Positions 26,847 to 36,909 of a DNA stretch of 64,000 bases are shown here, piece after piece. Origin of the DNA: a virus; IMG/VR virus record IMGVR_UViG_3300000235_000002, one strand, 5' to 3'. Position 1 is the first letter of the stretch; each line of letters opens with the position of its first letter. Both the position numbers and the translations under genes were made by a program. Under the pieces are notes generated by a model. It saw only the letters and a list, made by a program, of their open reading frames with translations, was not told the DNA's origin and did no database searches.

Positions 26847-28095
26847 TGATTTCTGCTCCGTTTTTCTGTGCTTCTTCCGCCTGTTCGAGTGTCATGGAGA
26901 TGACATCAACCCCAATTCGTTTGGCTTGTTCTGGTGGTACTTTGACATCGACCATGAGCGGTTGATCCTGAGAAACCGGTGCAGTCGGTATTTGGCTTGA
27001 CGATGGATCAACACCGAGTTTCTTCAGTTCAGCTTCAATTAACTTTGAAGCTTGTTCCCGCGGCAAATTTTCCGGTAGCGTTTGAATGTGGTCAAACTCG
27101 GCTTGGTTTCGGTAGCCGAACTTCTTGAACACTTGGCCTTTCAAATCGGAAAGCATTTGGCGATATTGTTGCTGTTCCGCCGTGAGCGGGTTGCTGCCCA
27201 GCACGGGAATATTGCCCCATGTGTTTTCGAGAAGTTTTGTACCGGCACCAATCGTCGGATCACCGTTCTTTAACAACTCATGCAATTGAAGATAGGTTTC
27301 TCTCTGCATGTCTTCGGGTGTTTTTTCCGGTTGTTTTTGTGCTACTGCCCCACCATCGCGATTTGATCCGGACTTTTCCGTGACTGCCATTTGACGATCT
27401 TCCATTTGCTGTTGGCGCAGTAACTGACTTTGGTAGATCGGATTCGCCATCAGCACTTTTTCTTCGAGGTCAGGTGATGTCAGCGAACTCCACGGCAATA
27501 TTGCACTTTCTCCGGTTTTGGAGTTGACAACGGCAATACCTTTACCGTTGCCCATTTCGTATTCCCAGTTTTCACCCGTTGATTGATTATACCGACGAGT
27601 CAGATCCATACCCGCCAGATCAATACGCTCTTGCGGAGCTTTTTCGAGAATCAAATCAAGCGTTCTGGAAACGTACGGTGTCAAACTTTCTTTTACTTGT
27701 TCCTGCTTTTGAAAACTCGCTAAACGCTCGCCTGATTGTGCAGCAACATTCTCAAGTTTCGCCAATGTGTCATTGTATTTTTTGAGTCGTTCTTTGTCGT
27801 CTAAAATGCTTTTTTTCTTCTCGCCGAGAGAAAAGCCTTCCAAGACACCTGATGCAAGAGCCGCCCAACCCGTCGGCTTGTCTCCCAGAGATTTTTGTAA
27901 ACTACCTGCCGCCTCAATGTTTGCATGCTCGGTTTTCGGCATCTTGATTGCGTTTTCAAGTCCTTGTTGTGCTAATTGAGATTGAGCGGAAACGTTTCTG
28001 AGCTGTGCTTCTTGACTCTCAAACGGTGATCGCTTTTTACCTTGTGATAATTTGTAAATATCTAGAATGGGTATTGATGATTTTGTCATTTTCAC
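26839..28095 (-). CDS. Probable internal virion / ejection protein (418 aa)
   Basis: Position in the operon; helical Q/E/K-rich composition. Confidence 0.5.
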   Translation of the reverse strand: MKMTKSSIPILDIYKLSQGKKRSPFESQEAQLRNVSAQSQLAQQGLENAIKMPKTEHANIEAAGSLQKSLGDKPTGWAALASGVLEGFSLGEKKKSILDDKERLKKYNDTLAKLENVAAQSGERLASFQKQEQVKESLTPYVSRTLDLILEKAPQERIDLAGMDLTRRYNQSTGENWEYEMGNGKGIAVVNSKTGESAILPWSSLTSPDLEEKVLMANPIYQSQLLRQQQMEDRQMAVTEKSGSNRDGGAVAQKQPEKTPEDMQRETYLQLHELLKNGDPTIGAGTKLLENTWGNIPVLGSNPLTAEQQQYRQMLSDLKGQVFKKFGYRNQAEFDHIQTLPENLPREQASKLIEAELKKLGVDPSSSQIPTAPVSQDQPLMVDVKVPPEQAKRIGVDVISMTLEQAEEAQKNGAEIID

Positions 28096-29393
28096 TTTCC
28101 TCTCTTCATCAAATCACCGCCAATCTTAGCACCTTCAGTGCCGCCAAGCGCATAGCCAACGCCCATTCCGCCTAATCGCATTGCAAAATCACCAAAGCTT
28201 GGCGGGCGCGCATTAAACCGGTTCATTTGCATGCCGTATGAATCTTTTTGAGCCTGATTGTGTTGATCTATTTTTCCAAGCTGCATATTGTACATGTCTT
28301 TTTTGACTTGATTTCCTTGGTTGAAGGAGTTCATTCCCATATCGTACATATCTCTTTTGACTTGGTTCTGTTGATTCATCGCATTCAGATTCATCATGTA
28401 TGGATCCAGTTGCATCTGATGTTGCTGGACGAGCCGATTCACATCAGCGTTGTAGTTGCCCATCTGAGCTTGATTTACAAGCTGCATCTGATTCATCGCA
28501 TCGGCATTTGCACGTGTTCTCATCGATCTGTCAAGATCACTTCCGACCAGATTGCCCGCTAACTGGAATTGACTCTGATTTTCGCCAATTGCACTCTGAC
28601 GCATTTGTTCCAAATCCGCTTGCCTCTTTTGAGCCAATTCATAGTCTAGTTGAGCTGCCTGCAAGCGACTTTGGCGACCCATCTCATTCATGTTGTAGAG
28701 ATTAGCATTGCGATTGAGACGCCGATCAGCCAAACCCTCTCCAAAGTTCATAGCATTCAGATCTGCTTGTTGGGATGTGAGATTCTGATTGCGTGAAAGA
28801 AGATTCCGTTCTTCGCGGCCAACAGTGCTATCTTCTAGACCGTTGTGGGCTAATCGTTCGTTCAGCCTGTTGTTTTCAGTTAAAAACTGTTCTTTAAGAA
28901 GACTCGACTGCATCGCCTTGAAATCATCAATGTCATTCTTGATATTACCAAAATCCGCGATCTGAGAAAGATTGTTCATTCTTTCGCTGTTGATGTTTGC
29001 AAATGTATCAATTATAGGTTGAAAATCAATTGCGGAAGCCGGGTCGTATTGATACAGATTTGTGATGTTTTGAAGTGCCGTTTTCATCATCCCTTGACCT
29101 TTTTGGAACAACGCTTCTTCTTCTTTGGTTCTTGGAAGTCGGCGCACGACACGTCGCTTCTTACCGTCAGCACCTTTAACGGTAATAGCCTCTGTTCCGG
29201 AAATTTCATCAATGACATCTTCAAGATCTTGAACAGACGGTGGTTTTTCCAAATTAGGAATGTTCATTTTAGGTGGCTTATAAGCCCCTAACTCAGGAAC
29301 CTTGACATTAGGCGCATTGAGTTGTGGTACATTGACGTTTGGTATCATCAACTTCGGTGGTTCAGGCGGTTGTCGCTGTTTAAAAAGTCCCAT
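28092..29393 (-). CDS. Probable internal virion / ejection protein (433 aa)
   Basis: Follows the GNAT-like gene; Q/N/M-rich coiled coil with Gly-rich hydrophobic C-terminus. Confidence 0.55.
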   Translation of the reverse strand: MGLFKQRQPPEPPKLMIPNVNVPQLNAPNVKVPELGAYKPPKMNIPNLEKPPSVQDLEDVIDEISGTEAITVKGADGKKRRVVRRLPRTKEEEALFQKGQGMMKTALQNITNLYQYDPASAIDFQPIIDTFANINSERMNNLSQIADFGNIKNDIDDFKAMQSSLLKEQFLTENNRLNERLAHNGLEDSTVGREERNLLSRNQNLTSQQADLNAMNFGEGLADRRLNRNANLYNMNEMGRQSRLQAAQLDYELAQKRQADLEQMRQSAIGENQSQFQLAGNLVGSDLDRSMRTRANADAMNQMQLVNQAQMGNYNADVNRLVQQHQMQLDPYMMNLNAMNQQNQVKRDMYDMGMNSFNQGNQVKKDMYNMQLGKIDQHNQAQKDSYGMQMNRFNARPPSFGDFAMRLGGMGVGYALGGTEGAKIGGDLMKRGK

Positions 29394-29394
29394 T

Positions 29395-29754
29395 TTATGC
29401 TCTCACGAAATAGGTTGTTTGGTTCATCATTTCTGTGTTTATTTTACCATTTTTTTCAAGAAAATCAAAGAAGTGGCGTACAGAATTATGCTCCGGTAGC
29501 ATATACGTTTTCTCAAATCCAAGCTGCTTTGGAAAATCCATGACCAAGAACGCGAACTGTCTGGTAATGTACCTTCGATAATCCGGATTAATATAGACTT
29601 CCAATTCTACACTTTTTTGATCAATAGACCTGATGCCGACAAATCCTATACATTTTTCCTGCTTCAATATCTCAAAAAACCGCCCGTTTTCATCAAAGAA
29701 ATCAGGAAAAGATTGTTTGACATCATTGGCGGCTAACTCTGTAAATACAAACAT
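29395..29754 (-). CDS. GNAT-like small protein (podovirus gp13-like position)
   Basis: CIGFVGIR...ELEVYINPDYRR pattern; sits between fibre and ejection genes. Confidence 0.5.
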   Translation of the reverse strand: MFVFTELAANDVKQSFPDFFDENGRFFEILKQEKCIGFVGIRSIDQKSVELEVYINPDYRRYITRQFAFLVMDFPKQLGFEKTYMLPEHNSVRHFFDFLEKNGKINTEMMNQTTYFVRA

Positions 29755-29766
29755 TTGGCTACATTT

Positions 29767-31122
29767 CTAAATATCGTACACAATCATGTCAAATCCGCCA
29801 TAAAGGTAATTGTTGTTAGAGTCTCTTACCACAATGTCTACCTGTGTCGTGCTTTGTGCGTCGTTGCTAGCTGAAATTGCGTAAACACTTACAGATGTAT
29901 CATTAGGTGTCAAAATGACAATAGCGTTTGCAGAAGAAGCTGCAGTTGTGAACACTACCCTAAATATACGTTTGTTATTAGGAAGTTCTACTTGCGTAAC
30001 GCTAGTTATGTTGAGGGACTTTAGTATAGTCGCATTTGAGGCCACCGAAAGTATAGCAAACGGTGCGATTTGACCTGCATTTTGCAGTTTTGTTTTTGGA
30101 ATGGTACTGTTGGCAATTAAAGCACCTGTGATGGTACCATCAAGAATTTGAACATTTGTGACGGTATTGTTGGCAAGTTTAGCACCTGTGATGGAAAGGT
30201 TCGCATATAAAGCAGTAGTGATGGTACCATCGGCAATTTGAGCATTTGTGACGGTATTGTTGGCAAGTTTAGCACCTGTGATAGAAAGGTTCGCATATAA
30301 AGCAGTAGTGATGGTACCGTCAGCAATTTGAACATTTGTGACGGTATTGTTGGCAAGTTTAGCACCTGTGATGGAACCGTTCGCATATAGAGCCGTTGTG
30401 ATGGTACCGTCAGCAATTTGAACATTTGTGACGGTATTATTTAAAAGCTTAGCTCCGACAACGGATCCATCTATGAGTTTTGCACCGGAAACAGAAGTGC
30501 TGATGAGTTTTGTACCGTCAATGCTATTGTCGACAATCTTAGATCCTGTAATCGTTAAATTAGCAATTTGACTCCCTGTGATCGTTGCGTCAGCTACTTT
30601 AACTCCTGTAACTGCTTTATCCTGTAGATGGCTAGTGATGATGCTGTTATTGGAAATTTTGTTAGTTGTGACGGCGTTATTTGCTATTTTTGATGTTGTA
30701 ACGGCACCGTCGTATATTTTCGTCCCCCAAACCGCATTGTTTTCTATGTGCTGCGTTTGGATTGCTTGCGGTTGAATCTTAGCCGATGTCACTACCGCAT
30801 CAATGATGTTGTTTGTTCCAACAGAGGCAACGCCAAGGTTGACCTGATTAATCGGTGTCCAACTGATATTGCCGTTGCCGTCTGTCGTGAGGAGAAAATT
30901 CGCATTCAATGGATCATTTGCACCCGGAAGCGCACCGACAACGATGCCGTTGATTTCAGCAGATTGCGTATTTAGAAGATCAATGATCCGATTCATATCG
31001 CCGTCTAGCTGTTGAGCTGTCGGCGGAAACTGTCCGAGGTTCTCATATCGATTGTAGTTAGGTAAGATCTGCTCAGGTTGATACGGAATAGCCGGTCTGC
31101 TATTATTTGTTGGAAGTGGCAT
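29767..31122 (-). CDS. Tail fibre protein with decapeptide repeats (451 aa)
   Basis: Many [ST][IV]TxxK[IL]A-type 10-aa repeats; N-terminal anchor; directly after the nozzle gene. Confidence 0.75.
   Translation of the reverse strand: MPLPTNNSRPAIPYQPEQILPNYNRYENLGQFPPTAQQLDGDMNRIIDLLNTQSAEINGIVVGALPGANDPLNANFLLTTDGNGNISWTPINQVNLGVASVGTNNIIDAVVTSAKIQPQAIQTQHIENNAVWGTKIYDGAVTTSKIANNAVTTNKISNNSIITSHLQDKAVTGVKVADATITGSQIANLTITGSKIVDNSIDGTKLISTSVSGAKLIDGSVVGAKLLNNTVTNVQIADGTITTALYANGSITGAKLANNTVTNVQIADGTITTALYANLSITGAKLANNTVTNAQIADGTITTALYANLSITGAKLANNTVTNVQILDGTITGALIANSTIPKTKLQNAGQIAPFAILSVASNATILKSLNITSVTQVELPNNKRIFRVVFTTAASSANAIVILTPNDTSVSVYAISASNDAQSTTQVDIVVRDSNNNYLYGGFDMIVYDI
30131..30440 (-). 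repeat. 90-bp tandem repeat (~3.4 copies) encoding NNTVTNVQIADGTITTALYANxSITGAKLA
   Basis: agcacctgtgat recurs at 30181, 30271, 30361; catttgtgacggtatt recurs every 90 bp. Confidence 0.88.
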
Positions 31123-31125
31123 ATT

Positions 31126-33249
31126 TTAAGTCCTCTCGATAACGCCGTAAAGTTTGCATTTGCTGATGCCGACCGGTCCATCTCTCGTCATCCCTGACAG
31201 CGTCATCCAAAAACGAGACGCAACGAACTTGAATCTGTCTTTAAAAATTCCGTAAGGTTGATCAAAACGAAAGCCAATGGAATTTTCCTCAGGAGGATTG
31301 TTTGTAGTGAGCGGTACGGTTTGAAGTAAATCACCCCTTAAATCAAAACGACATGGACTATTGATTTGATAGGATTTTGGAAGATCGCCACTGATACTAA
31401 GGGTCATCTCGTTTTGTTGTCGAACGGTAAAGCTCGACGGATAGGACATCTGGATTTCATAGCGTTTTGCAGCAAATCTTTTGCCGTTCAATTGAATGAC
31501 GGGAAGTGTCCACGAAAACAAAACAGGCGCACTCCCATTTTCATCGCCGTAAATAGGAAGTGATCCATCTTTTCCGTCACCGTACTGATATAATCTGTTT
31601 TTGGCCGAAATATACAAAGCATTTCCAAGAGGAAGGAATGAGATCGCTTTCTCAAAATCTCCTGAAAAGAGTGACCACGATTCAATTGATGTCGAAAACA
31701 AGCAAACAAGCGTTTTGTTCACACCTATCTTCAAACCTGCAAAACCACCTGCATCATATTTGAAAGAACAGGCGCGCCAATAGTTCCTATTCGAATTTAA
31801 CAACGTGGAGACCTGCTGATTGATTAATGGATCAATCGCATTGAGACTCGTTGCGGCAAACTGCTTTGCAACATTCAGCGTGCTGAAAGATTGAAGTCCG
31901 TACGGCGTGATAAAAAACGTATCATTGGGCAATTCCAAGACGAGATCACCTTGAATCACGCCTGTTGAAAGAATTGAATTGAAGACAAAATCACCGCCTT
32001 CATTAGCAGGAAGTGGATTTTGCCCTTGATAGACTTGCGTTTTCTGCCTTCCGACAAACGCCATCAGTCCACCGACAAGGCAGATCGCTTCAAGATTGTC
32101 GGGTTCTCCGTGTTTTTTAGAAAGATCAATACTCGGCACCGTTTTAGTGCGCTCATTGAACCAGCCTGTGATCGTATTGGGTTTCGATGTGTAATACACT
32201 TTTAACGCTTCCTGAGGCGATCTAAAACCAATACCTGCTGCGCCTTCCCCCAACGCCCACAAGCGATCATGAGCCACGTACAGAAAGCTAAAGCGTGGCG
32301 GAAATGCTCGGTAGAAAACTTCGGTGTGGTTAGGAACAAACTGTGGAAGATCTGTTGTAGTCGTGATCGTCAGTGTTTGTAGATTCAGAACTCTTGCGGC
32401 AATACTTGTGTTTGTCGTCACGCCGTTCACTTTGATTTGCAAAGAATTACCGATAGCGTAATCGGCAATATTGAAGTTTGCCGGTGTCGTAAATGAAAAA
32501 TTTCGATTGTCCGCCCTTGTCAGATTCGCCGTTTCTTCCTTGATGAAATCAAAAACGTCTACAAGATCAGTTCCGTTCCAAGACATCATCCTATCAACAC
32601 CGTTGCAAATGAGAAGTCGGTTCAGATATGTCGTGAAACGAGGAATGCAGCCAACGGCAAGATTCTGTCGAAGCACAGCACTGAGTGTCTGCGTCTCTAG
32701 ATCAAAAGCATACAATGAGCCGGATGAAAAAAACACGGATGTAATAACCGGTGACGGATTGCCGCCTGTGGGTGGAAAGGAATTTGTCGCTAAATCAATA
32801 GTGACTATATCTCCGGCATTACTCACGTGAGTAATTGCGTCAATGAGCGTGGTGATACCGTTGTAGGTGTAAGTGATTTTGATCGGCGTGTCTTTAACAT
32901 ATCGAGCTTTATTGTTGGGACTCGAAAAAGAAAATCGATACGGATTGTTAGGCGATACCAAAAAAGTTGTTGCGGTTGTATCCTGAATGTATTCTTGGAC
33001 GTACAGAAGCAGTTGTTTTGAGCCGTCCGATTTGACAAAGGGAAAAAGCTTTAGAATCGTCAAGTCCGGTGAAATTGTCGTGATGGTTCTTGTTCCAAAT
33101 CGAACAACGCCTTCACCTAAAGGCTTTGGGAGAATGTTTTCTAGAAGATACGCAAATGAGAAAGGAAGCGTCTCAGGCGAGATGTTTTGGTTCATCCCGC
33201 TTGACGGCGGTGAAAACTCCAAAATGTCGTAATTTCCTTGCTGTAACAT
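31126..33249 (-). CDS. Tail nozzle / tail tubular protein B-like (707 aa)
   Basis: Beta-rich large protein after the adaptor; GGMN..ISP and NILP..G....RFG N-terminal pattern of podovirus nozzle proteins. Confidence 0.68.
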   Translation of the reverse strand: MLQQGNYDILEFSPPSSGMNQNISPETLPFSFAYLLENILPKPLGEGVVRFGTRTITTISPDLTILKLFPFVKSDGSKQLLLYVQEYIQDTTATTFLVSPNNPYRFSFSSPNNKARYVKDTPIKITYTYNGITTLIDAITHVSNAGDIVTIDLATNSFPPTGGNPSPVITSVFFSSGSLYAFDLETQTLSAVLRQNLAVGCIPRFTTYLNRLLICNGVDRMMSWNGTDLVDVFDFIKEETANLTRADNRNFSFTTPANFNIADYAIGNSLQIKVNGVTTNTSIAARVLNLQTLTITTTTDLPQFVPNHTEVFYRAFPPRFSFLYVAHDRLWALGEGAAGIGFRSPQEALKVYYTSKPNTITGWFNERTKTVPSIDLSKKHGEPDNLEAICLVGGLMAFVGRQKTQVYQGQNPLPANEGGDFVFNSILSTGVIQGDLVLELPNDTFFITPYGLQSFSTLNVAKQFAATSLNAIDPLINQQVSTLLNSNRNYWRACSFKYDAGGFAGLKIGVNKTLVCLFSTSIESWSLFSGDFEKAISFLPLGNALYISAKNRLYQYGDGKDGSLPIYGDENGSAPVLFSWTLPVIQLNGKRFAAKRYEIQMSYPSSFTVRQQNEMTLSISGDLPKSYQINSPCRFDLRGDLLQTVPLTTNNPPEENSIGFRFDQPYGIFKDRFKFVASRFWMTLSGMTRDGPVGISKCKLYGVIERT

Positions 33250-33252
33250 GGC

Positions 33253-33891
33253 TTATACATTGCTAAATGTTGAAAGGGAATTTGGCCGTCTTGAGTAGAA
33301 ATACGAAAGCAGAAATGATTTTCCGGTGTTCCATCTCTCTCGAGCTTCACCTTCTTTCACGGTGTTTTTAAATCCGCCTTCCTGTTGAAACAGGTAGTAC
33401 AACGCGCCGTCAACTAACACGGGATGAAATGCAACTGGATAGGGAATGTCTGTTTCTTCGCTATCGTTTGTCAATGAAGTCGGCTGTGGTGTGTGCCACA
33501 CTTTTACTTCGATGATATTGGACGGTACCGGGTAAAAATTAAGCTGATCCTTGATCAAATAAAAACTGTTTGGCTTTCCGATTGCACTAAAACTCGGATC
33601 TTCAACAATGAGATCTTGAATGGATTTTTGTGAAAGTGTTCGTTTGTCGGTATTATCAAAAACGCTGGTCATTACAAACGGAATTTGAGAAAGAGTGATC
33701 ACCGGTGATTCAGCAGACGTACTTAAAATTTCGGCCACCAATAAATCATCGTTCCAATTCGCTGTTTCTTGATACAATTGAAAATGGGCAAGGTTCAGAT
33801 ACTGCAAGAAAATAGCTCTCTCAGCGGTAGTGACATTGTCACTACCGACTGAGAGAGTACCCATAAGCGTGATGAGATCGCTTACCTGCAT
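33253..33891 (-). CDS. Head-tail adaptor / tail tubular protein A-like (212 aa)
   Basis: FLQYLNLA helix and DIPYPVAFHPVLVDGALYY motif; conserved position. Confidence 0.7.
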   Translation of the reverse strand: MQVSDLITLMGTLSVGSDNVTTAERAIFLQYLNLAHFQLYQETANWNDDLLVAEILSTSAESPVITLSQIPFVMTSVFDNTDKRTLSQKSIQDLIVEDPSFSAIGKPNSFYLIKDQLNFYPVPSNIIEVKVWHTPQPTSLTNDSEETDIPYPVAFHPVLVDGALYYLFQQEGGFKNTVKEGEARERWNTGKSFLLSYFYSRRPNSLSTFSNV

Positions 33892-34250
33892 TAATAGTTG
33901 CCTATCACCAAAAGTAACTTGATGACGCTGTTGGCCGCAATAGCCGTACCGCCGTTCGCCACAGCCACGTTAATTATTTTTCCGGTCGCATCAATCGTCA
34001 CTGATGTTGTGGCCGCAGCAACAGGAACATTGATAGCTCCTGCATTACTTAGGACTTGGAAATTCATGACGGATTGTATTTTACCCGCTCCTGTCCACTG
34101 TAGAATATTTAAGTTGGTGTTAGCCGCTACACCGGCCACACAAGTGATATCAAAAGCAATGAGCTGCGAATCTTTGCCGGTAGAACCGGTTTTAATATTG
34201 TCGATCGGATCGGTAGTCGAATCCTGGACGTAACGAATAGTTGCTGTCAT
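33891..34250 (-). CDS. Small virion protein, possible capsid decoration (track start 34301)
   Basis: Directly after the capsid gene; AGGAG RBS before ATG 34250; beta-rich. Confidence 0.5.
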   Translation of the reverse strand: MTATIRYVQDSTTDPIDNIKTGSTGKDSQLIAFDITCVAGVAANTNLNILQWTGAGKIQSVMNFQVLSNAGAINVPVAAATTSVTIDATGKIINVAVANGGTAIAANSVIKLLLVIGNY

Positions 34251-34260
34251 TTTTTTCTCC

Positions 34261-35463
34261 TTAGAAACTGACGAATGAATGGATGATACCCTGTTCAACA
34301 ACCGTGTTTGAGCCTGCTTGTGCGCCTACGGTTGCTGCGTATTGACTTGGGAACTGAAGCATCTTCTGACCACGGAATTCATGACCGAAGTAGAGCTGAA
34401 TGCGTTCAACAAGATCGTTTTCCATGCCGAGCATCGGCTCCTGCGCCCATCCGAGAGAAAGCGCACCCGCTCCCATAAAGATGTTCCAGGCCGCTGTTTT
34501 GTTGCCATCTTGACTTGTCAGCGCGTATTGGTATAGGTCACGGCATGAATAGATCGCAATCCCACGATACTCACCGACATAGTCTGCACCGTTCAACATT
34601 TGCGGCGTATTTTCAGGATCGATGACAACGCCGCGATTGAATGTGGAATTGGCAAACAACGGATCTGAAAACAAACTTGTTAATGTTTGTGGGTGGGCTA
34701 AATAGATATATTTGTTCATTGGAAAGCCGGCTTTGCTACGCACATACGCCGGTTGAATAGCATCTTCAAGTCCAACGGCAGATCCACCGCGTTCTGCATA
34801 TTGTTTTAGAGCCTCAAGGTGAGACGCTGAAAGTCCTGAAGTCGCAGGTGTTGTTGCTGCCGGTAATGACATACCGTTAATAAGAGTCGGAAACGTAGCG
34901 TTTGCCTGATAAGCCGCACGAGTAGGAACTAATCCTGTAGCCAGCTTGAAAACAGCACGGTCATAGGAAGGTAGCGTTCCGGCAACGTTGCAGTTAGCCG
35001 TTTTAATAGTCGGATACGCAGTGACTGTCATTGCATTGAACAGATCGTAGTTTAAGGCACGGGAAAACGCTTCAACCAACTGGGATCGTGCATAAGGCGG
35101 CAAATCAATAGGTGTCCCAAAATCGAGAATGTCATAGCCTTTGATTTGAGCGAGAAAACTCTTAAAATCCACATCAACTTTGTCGTAATCGACTCGTTGC
35201 TGCATAGCATTACCCCGACGTTGATCGAAGTTGGTGATCGGATTTTTATAATCGAGGGCTTGGAGTTTGCCCATCCGATATTGCAAACCTTCACCTTTTT
35301 TGAGCTGCTTGCGAACGATGGGACGACTAGGTTCATCACCCATTAAATTGAAAAGAGGCGTGATCTGAACCCACTCACGAAAAAGCTGGCTAGAAACACT
35401 AAATGGAAATAAGTTTTGATTAATGCCGTTGTAACCTGCGGCCGGTACCGGATAGAGTGCCAT
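34261..35463 (-). CDS. Major capsid protein (DUF4043/N4-gp56-like)
   Basis: 400 aa; follows the scaffold; KGEGLQYRMGKL and FMGAGALSLGW patterns. Confidence 0.8.
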   Translation of the reverse strand: MALYPVPAAGYNGINQNLFPFSVSSQLFREWVQITPLFNLMGDEPSRPIVRKQLKKGEGLQYRMGKLQALDYKNPITNFDQRRGNAMQQRVDYDKVDVDFKSFLAQIKGYDILDFGTPIDLPPYARSQLVEAFSRALNYDLFNAMTVTAYPTIKTANCNVAGTLPSYDRAVFKLATGLVPTRAAYQANATFPTLINGMSLPAATTPATSGLSASHLEALKQYAERGGSAVGLEDAIQPAYVRSKAGFPMNKYIYLAHPQTLTSLFSDPLFANSTFNRGVVIDPENTPQMLNGADYVGEYRGIAIYSCRDLYQYALTSQDGNKTAAWNIFMGAGALSLGWAQEPMLGMENDLVERIQLYFGHEFRGQKMLQFPSQYAATVGAQAGSNTVVEQGIIHSFVSF

Positions 35464-35660
35464 TGTGAAATCCTAATTTAAAAAACAAAAAAAACATCGC
35501 AATAAAAATCACGACAAATAGCTATTTTTTCGTCTTTTCAAAATTAGGAAGCTATTCAGGAGTGCTCAGGGAAGAGTTTTTAGGCTGTCCTTTGCGGCTC
35601 AAAAACGGGCTAATTCATCCAAGGTGACGGGTAAGCGGGGCGAACTAAGGCGAGGCCACT

Positions 35661-36548
35661 TTACCGTCTAGGTCGATCTCTTTCTTTGAAGATGGAACCG
35701 ACAATGTCGGCATCAGGTGAATTTTCAGTTTCACCCATCTCTCCAAGTCGATAGATCGGCTTATCATAGTCTTCGTATTGTGCCAGTCTTTTCAACAACT
35801 TGTCAACTTTTTTCTTCAAATTTTCATTGTTTTTTTGAATGTCTGAGATGTAGTTTTTTATGCCCCCGGACTTCATGATGTCACGATACGAAGAGTCAAG
35901 AGATTCTTGACCGAGTGAGAGAATCTTCTTCGTCAATTTCAGTGGTTCTTCAACTAAATCTTTCAACTCATCAAAAAGATCGGCTACCTCTTCTTGAGAA
36001 GATGTACCGAGAAGATACTCAAAGGCGTTCAACTTTTCTTCCAGTTGAGGATCATCGCTATATTTTCGCAAATGCTCTAATTCACCGTTAACAACCTTGA
36101 AAATAGGAGCAAAGGGGTGTGGTGATACGGATGGTGTCTCGTCTTCTTCATCTTGATCAATTTGAATAGATTCCAAAACGCTACGACCTTCATCCTCGTT
36201 CAAAACGCCTTCCATAATCATGTTTTGGACAGTCTTGATCGCTGTTTTGACTTTCTGAGCATTCTTGCGTCCAAAGCTCCGATTAGTCTGCAGTTCTTTG
36301 CGCGTCTTTTCCAATTCATTTTTGAGTTTTACTAATTCGCTATCTTCTTGCGGTTCATCATCAATGTCATCATCATCAGAAGGCTTTTCTTTCTGTTTTG
36401 TCACTGAAAGAGGTGTTTCTTGCTTTTCTTCTTTCACCGGTTCAGCAGTCGGCCGATCCCTTCCTTCAAACAGAGAAGAGATTGTCTCATTCACGGATTC
36501 TTGTGGTATTTCTTTTTCTTCCATATTTTCTTTTAGGTCACTCATCAA
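35661..36548 (-). CDS. Probable scaffolding protein (295 aa)
   Basis: Very acidic N-terminus and coiled coils; lies between portal and capsid. Confidence 0.68.
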   Translation of the reverse strand: MMSDLKENMEEKEIPQESVNETISSLFEGRDRPTAEPVKEEKQETPLSVTKQKEKPSDDDDIDDEPQEDSELVKLKNELEKTRKELQTNRSFGRKNAQKVKTAIKTVQNMIMEGVLNEDEGRSVLESIQIDQDEEDETPSVSPHPFAPIFKVVNGELEHLRKYSDDPQLEEKLNAFEYLLGTSSQEEVADLFDELKDLVEEPLKLTKKILSLGQESLDSSYRDIMKSGGIKNYISDIQKNNENLKKKVDKLLKRLAQYEDYDKPIYRLGEMGETENSPDADIVGSIFKERDRPRR

Positions 36549-36555
36549 AAAACTC

Positions 36556-36909
36556 CTAAAGTTCAGTTAATTCTCGGTAGTTAACAAAGATATTAAAACT
36601 ATTGCCGGCATAGTCACTGTTGGCGTATAGCAGATCACCCGGCTCTAACGTCAACGTCATGTTCAAAAGCGCATCAATACGCTCAAACGGCTGAAGCGGC
36701 AGTTGTTGTGCCAATACAAACGTTGTTTCAATGCCGATCTCAATTTCTCTTGCAACAGAAAGGCTCACCAAAATGATAGCATCCGTCAGATTGCTCAAAA
36801 TGATACCGTCCACGATGCATGTGTGTTGATCGTTTCCAAACACTAGTGTCGGTGTGCTGTTGATGTTGGCTGTCGGCGACATCTTCCAGTTAACGAAAGA
36901 TCCGCTCAT
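36556..36909 (-). CDS. Hypothetical virion-associated protein (117 aa)
   Basis: ATGA overlap with the portal stop; beta-rich. Confidence 0.55.
   Translation of the reverse strand: MSGSFVNWKMSPTANINSTPTLVFGNDQHTCIVDGIILSNLTDAIILVSLSVAREIEIGIETTFVLAQQLPLQPFERIDALLNMTLTLEPGDLLYANSDYAGNSFNIFVNYRELTEL

Noticed and set aside
29767-31122. Diversity-generating retroelement or shufflon acting on the fibres
   Set aside because: No reverse transcriptase, no TR/VR pair differing at adenines, and no inverted cassettes or inverted crossover sites around the fibre genes.
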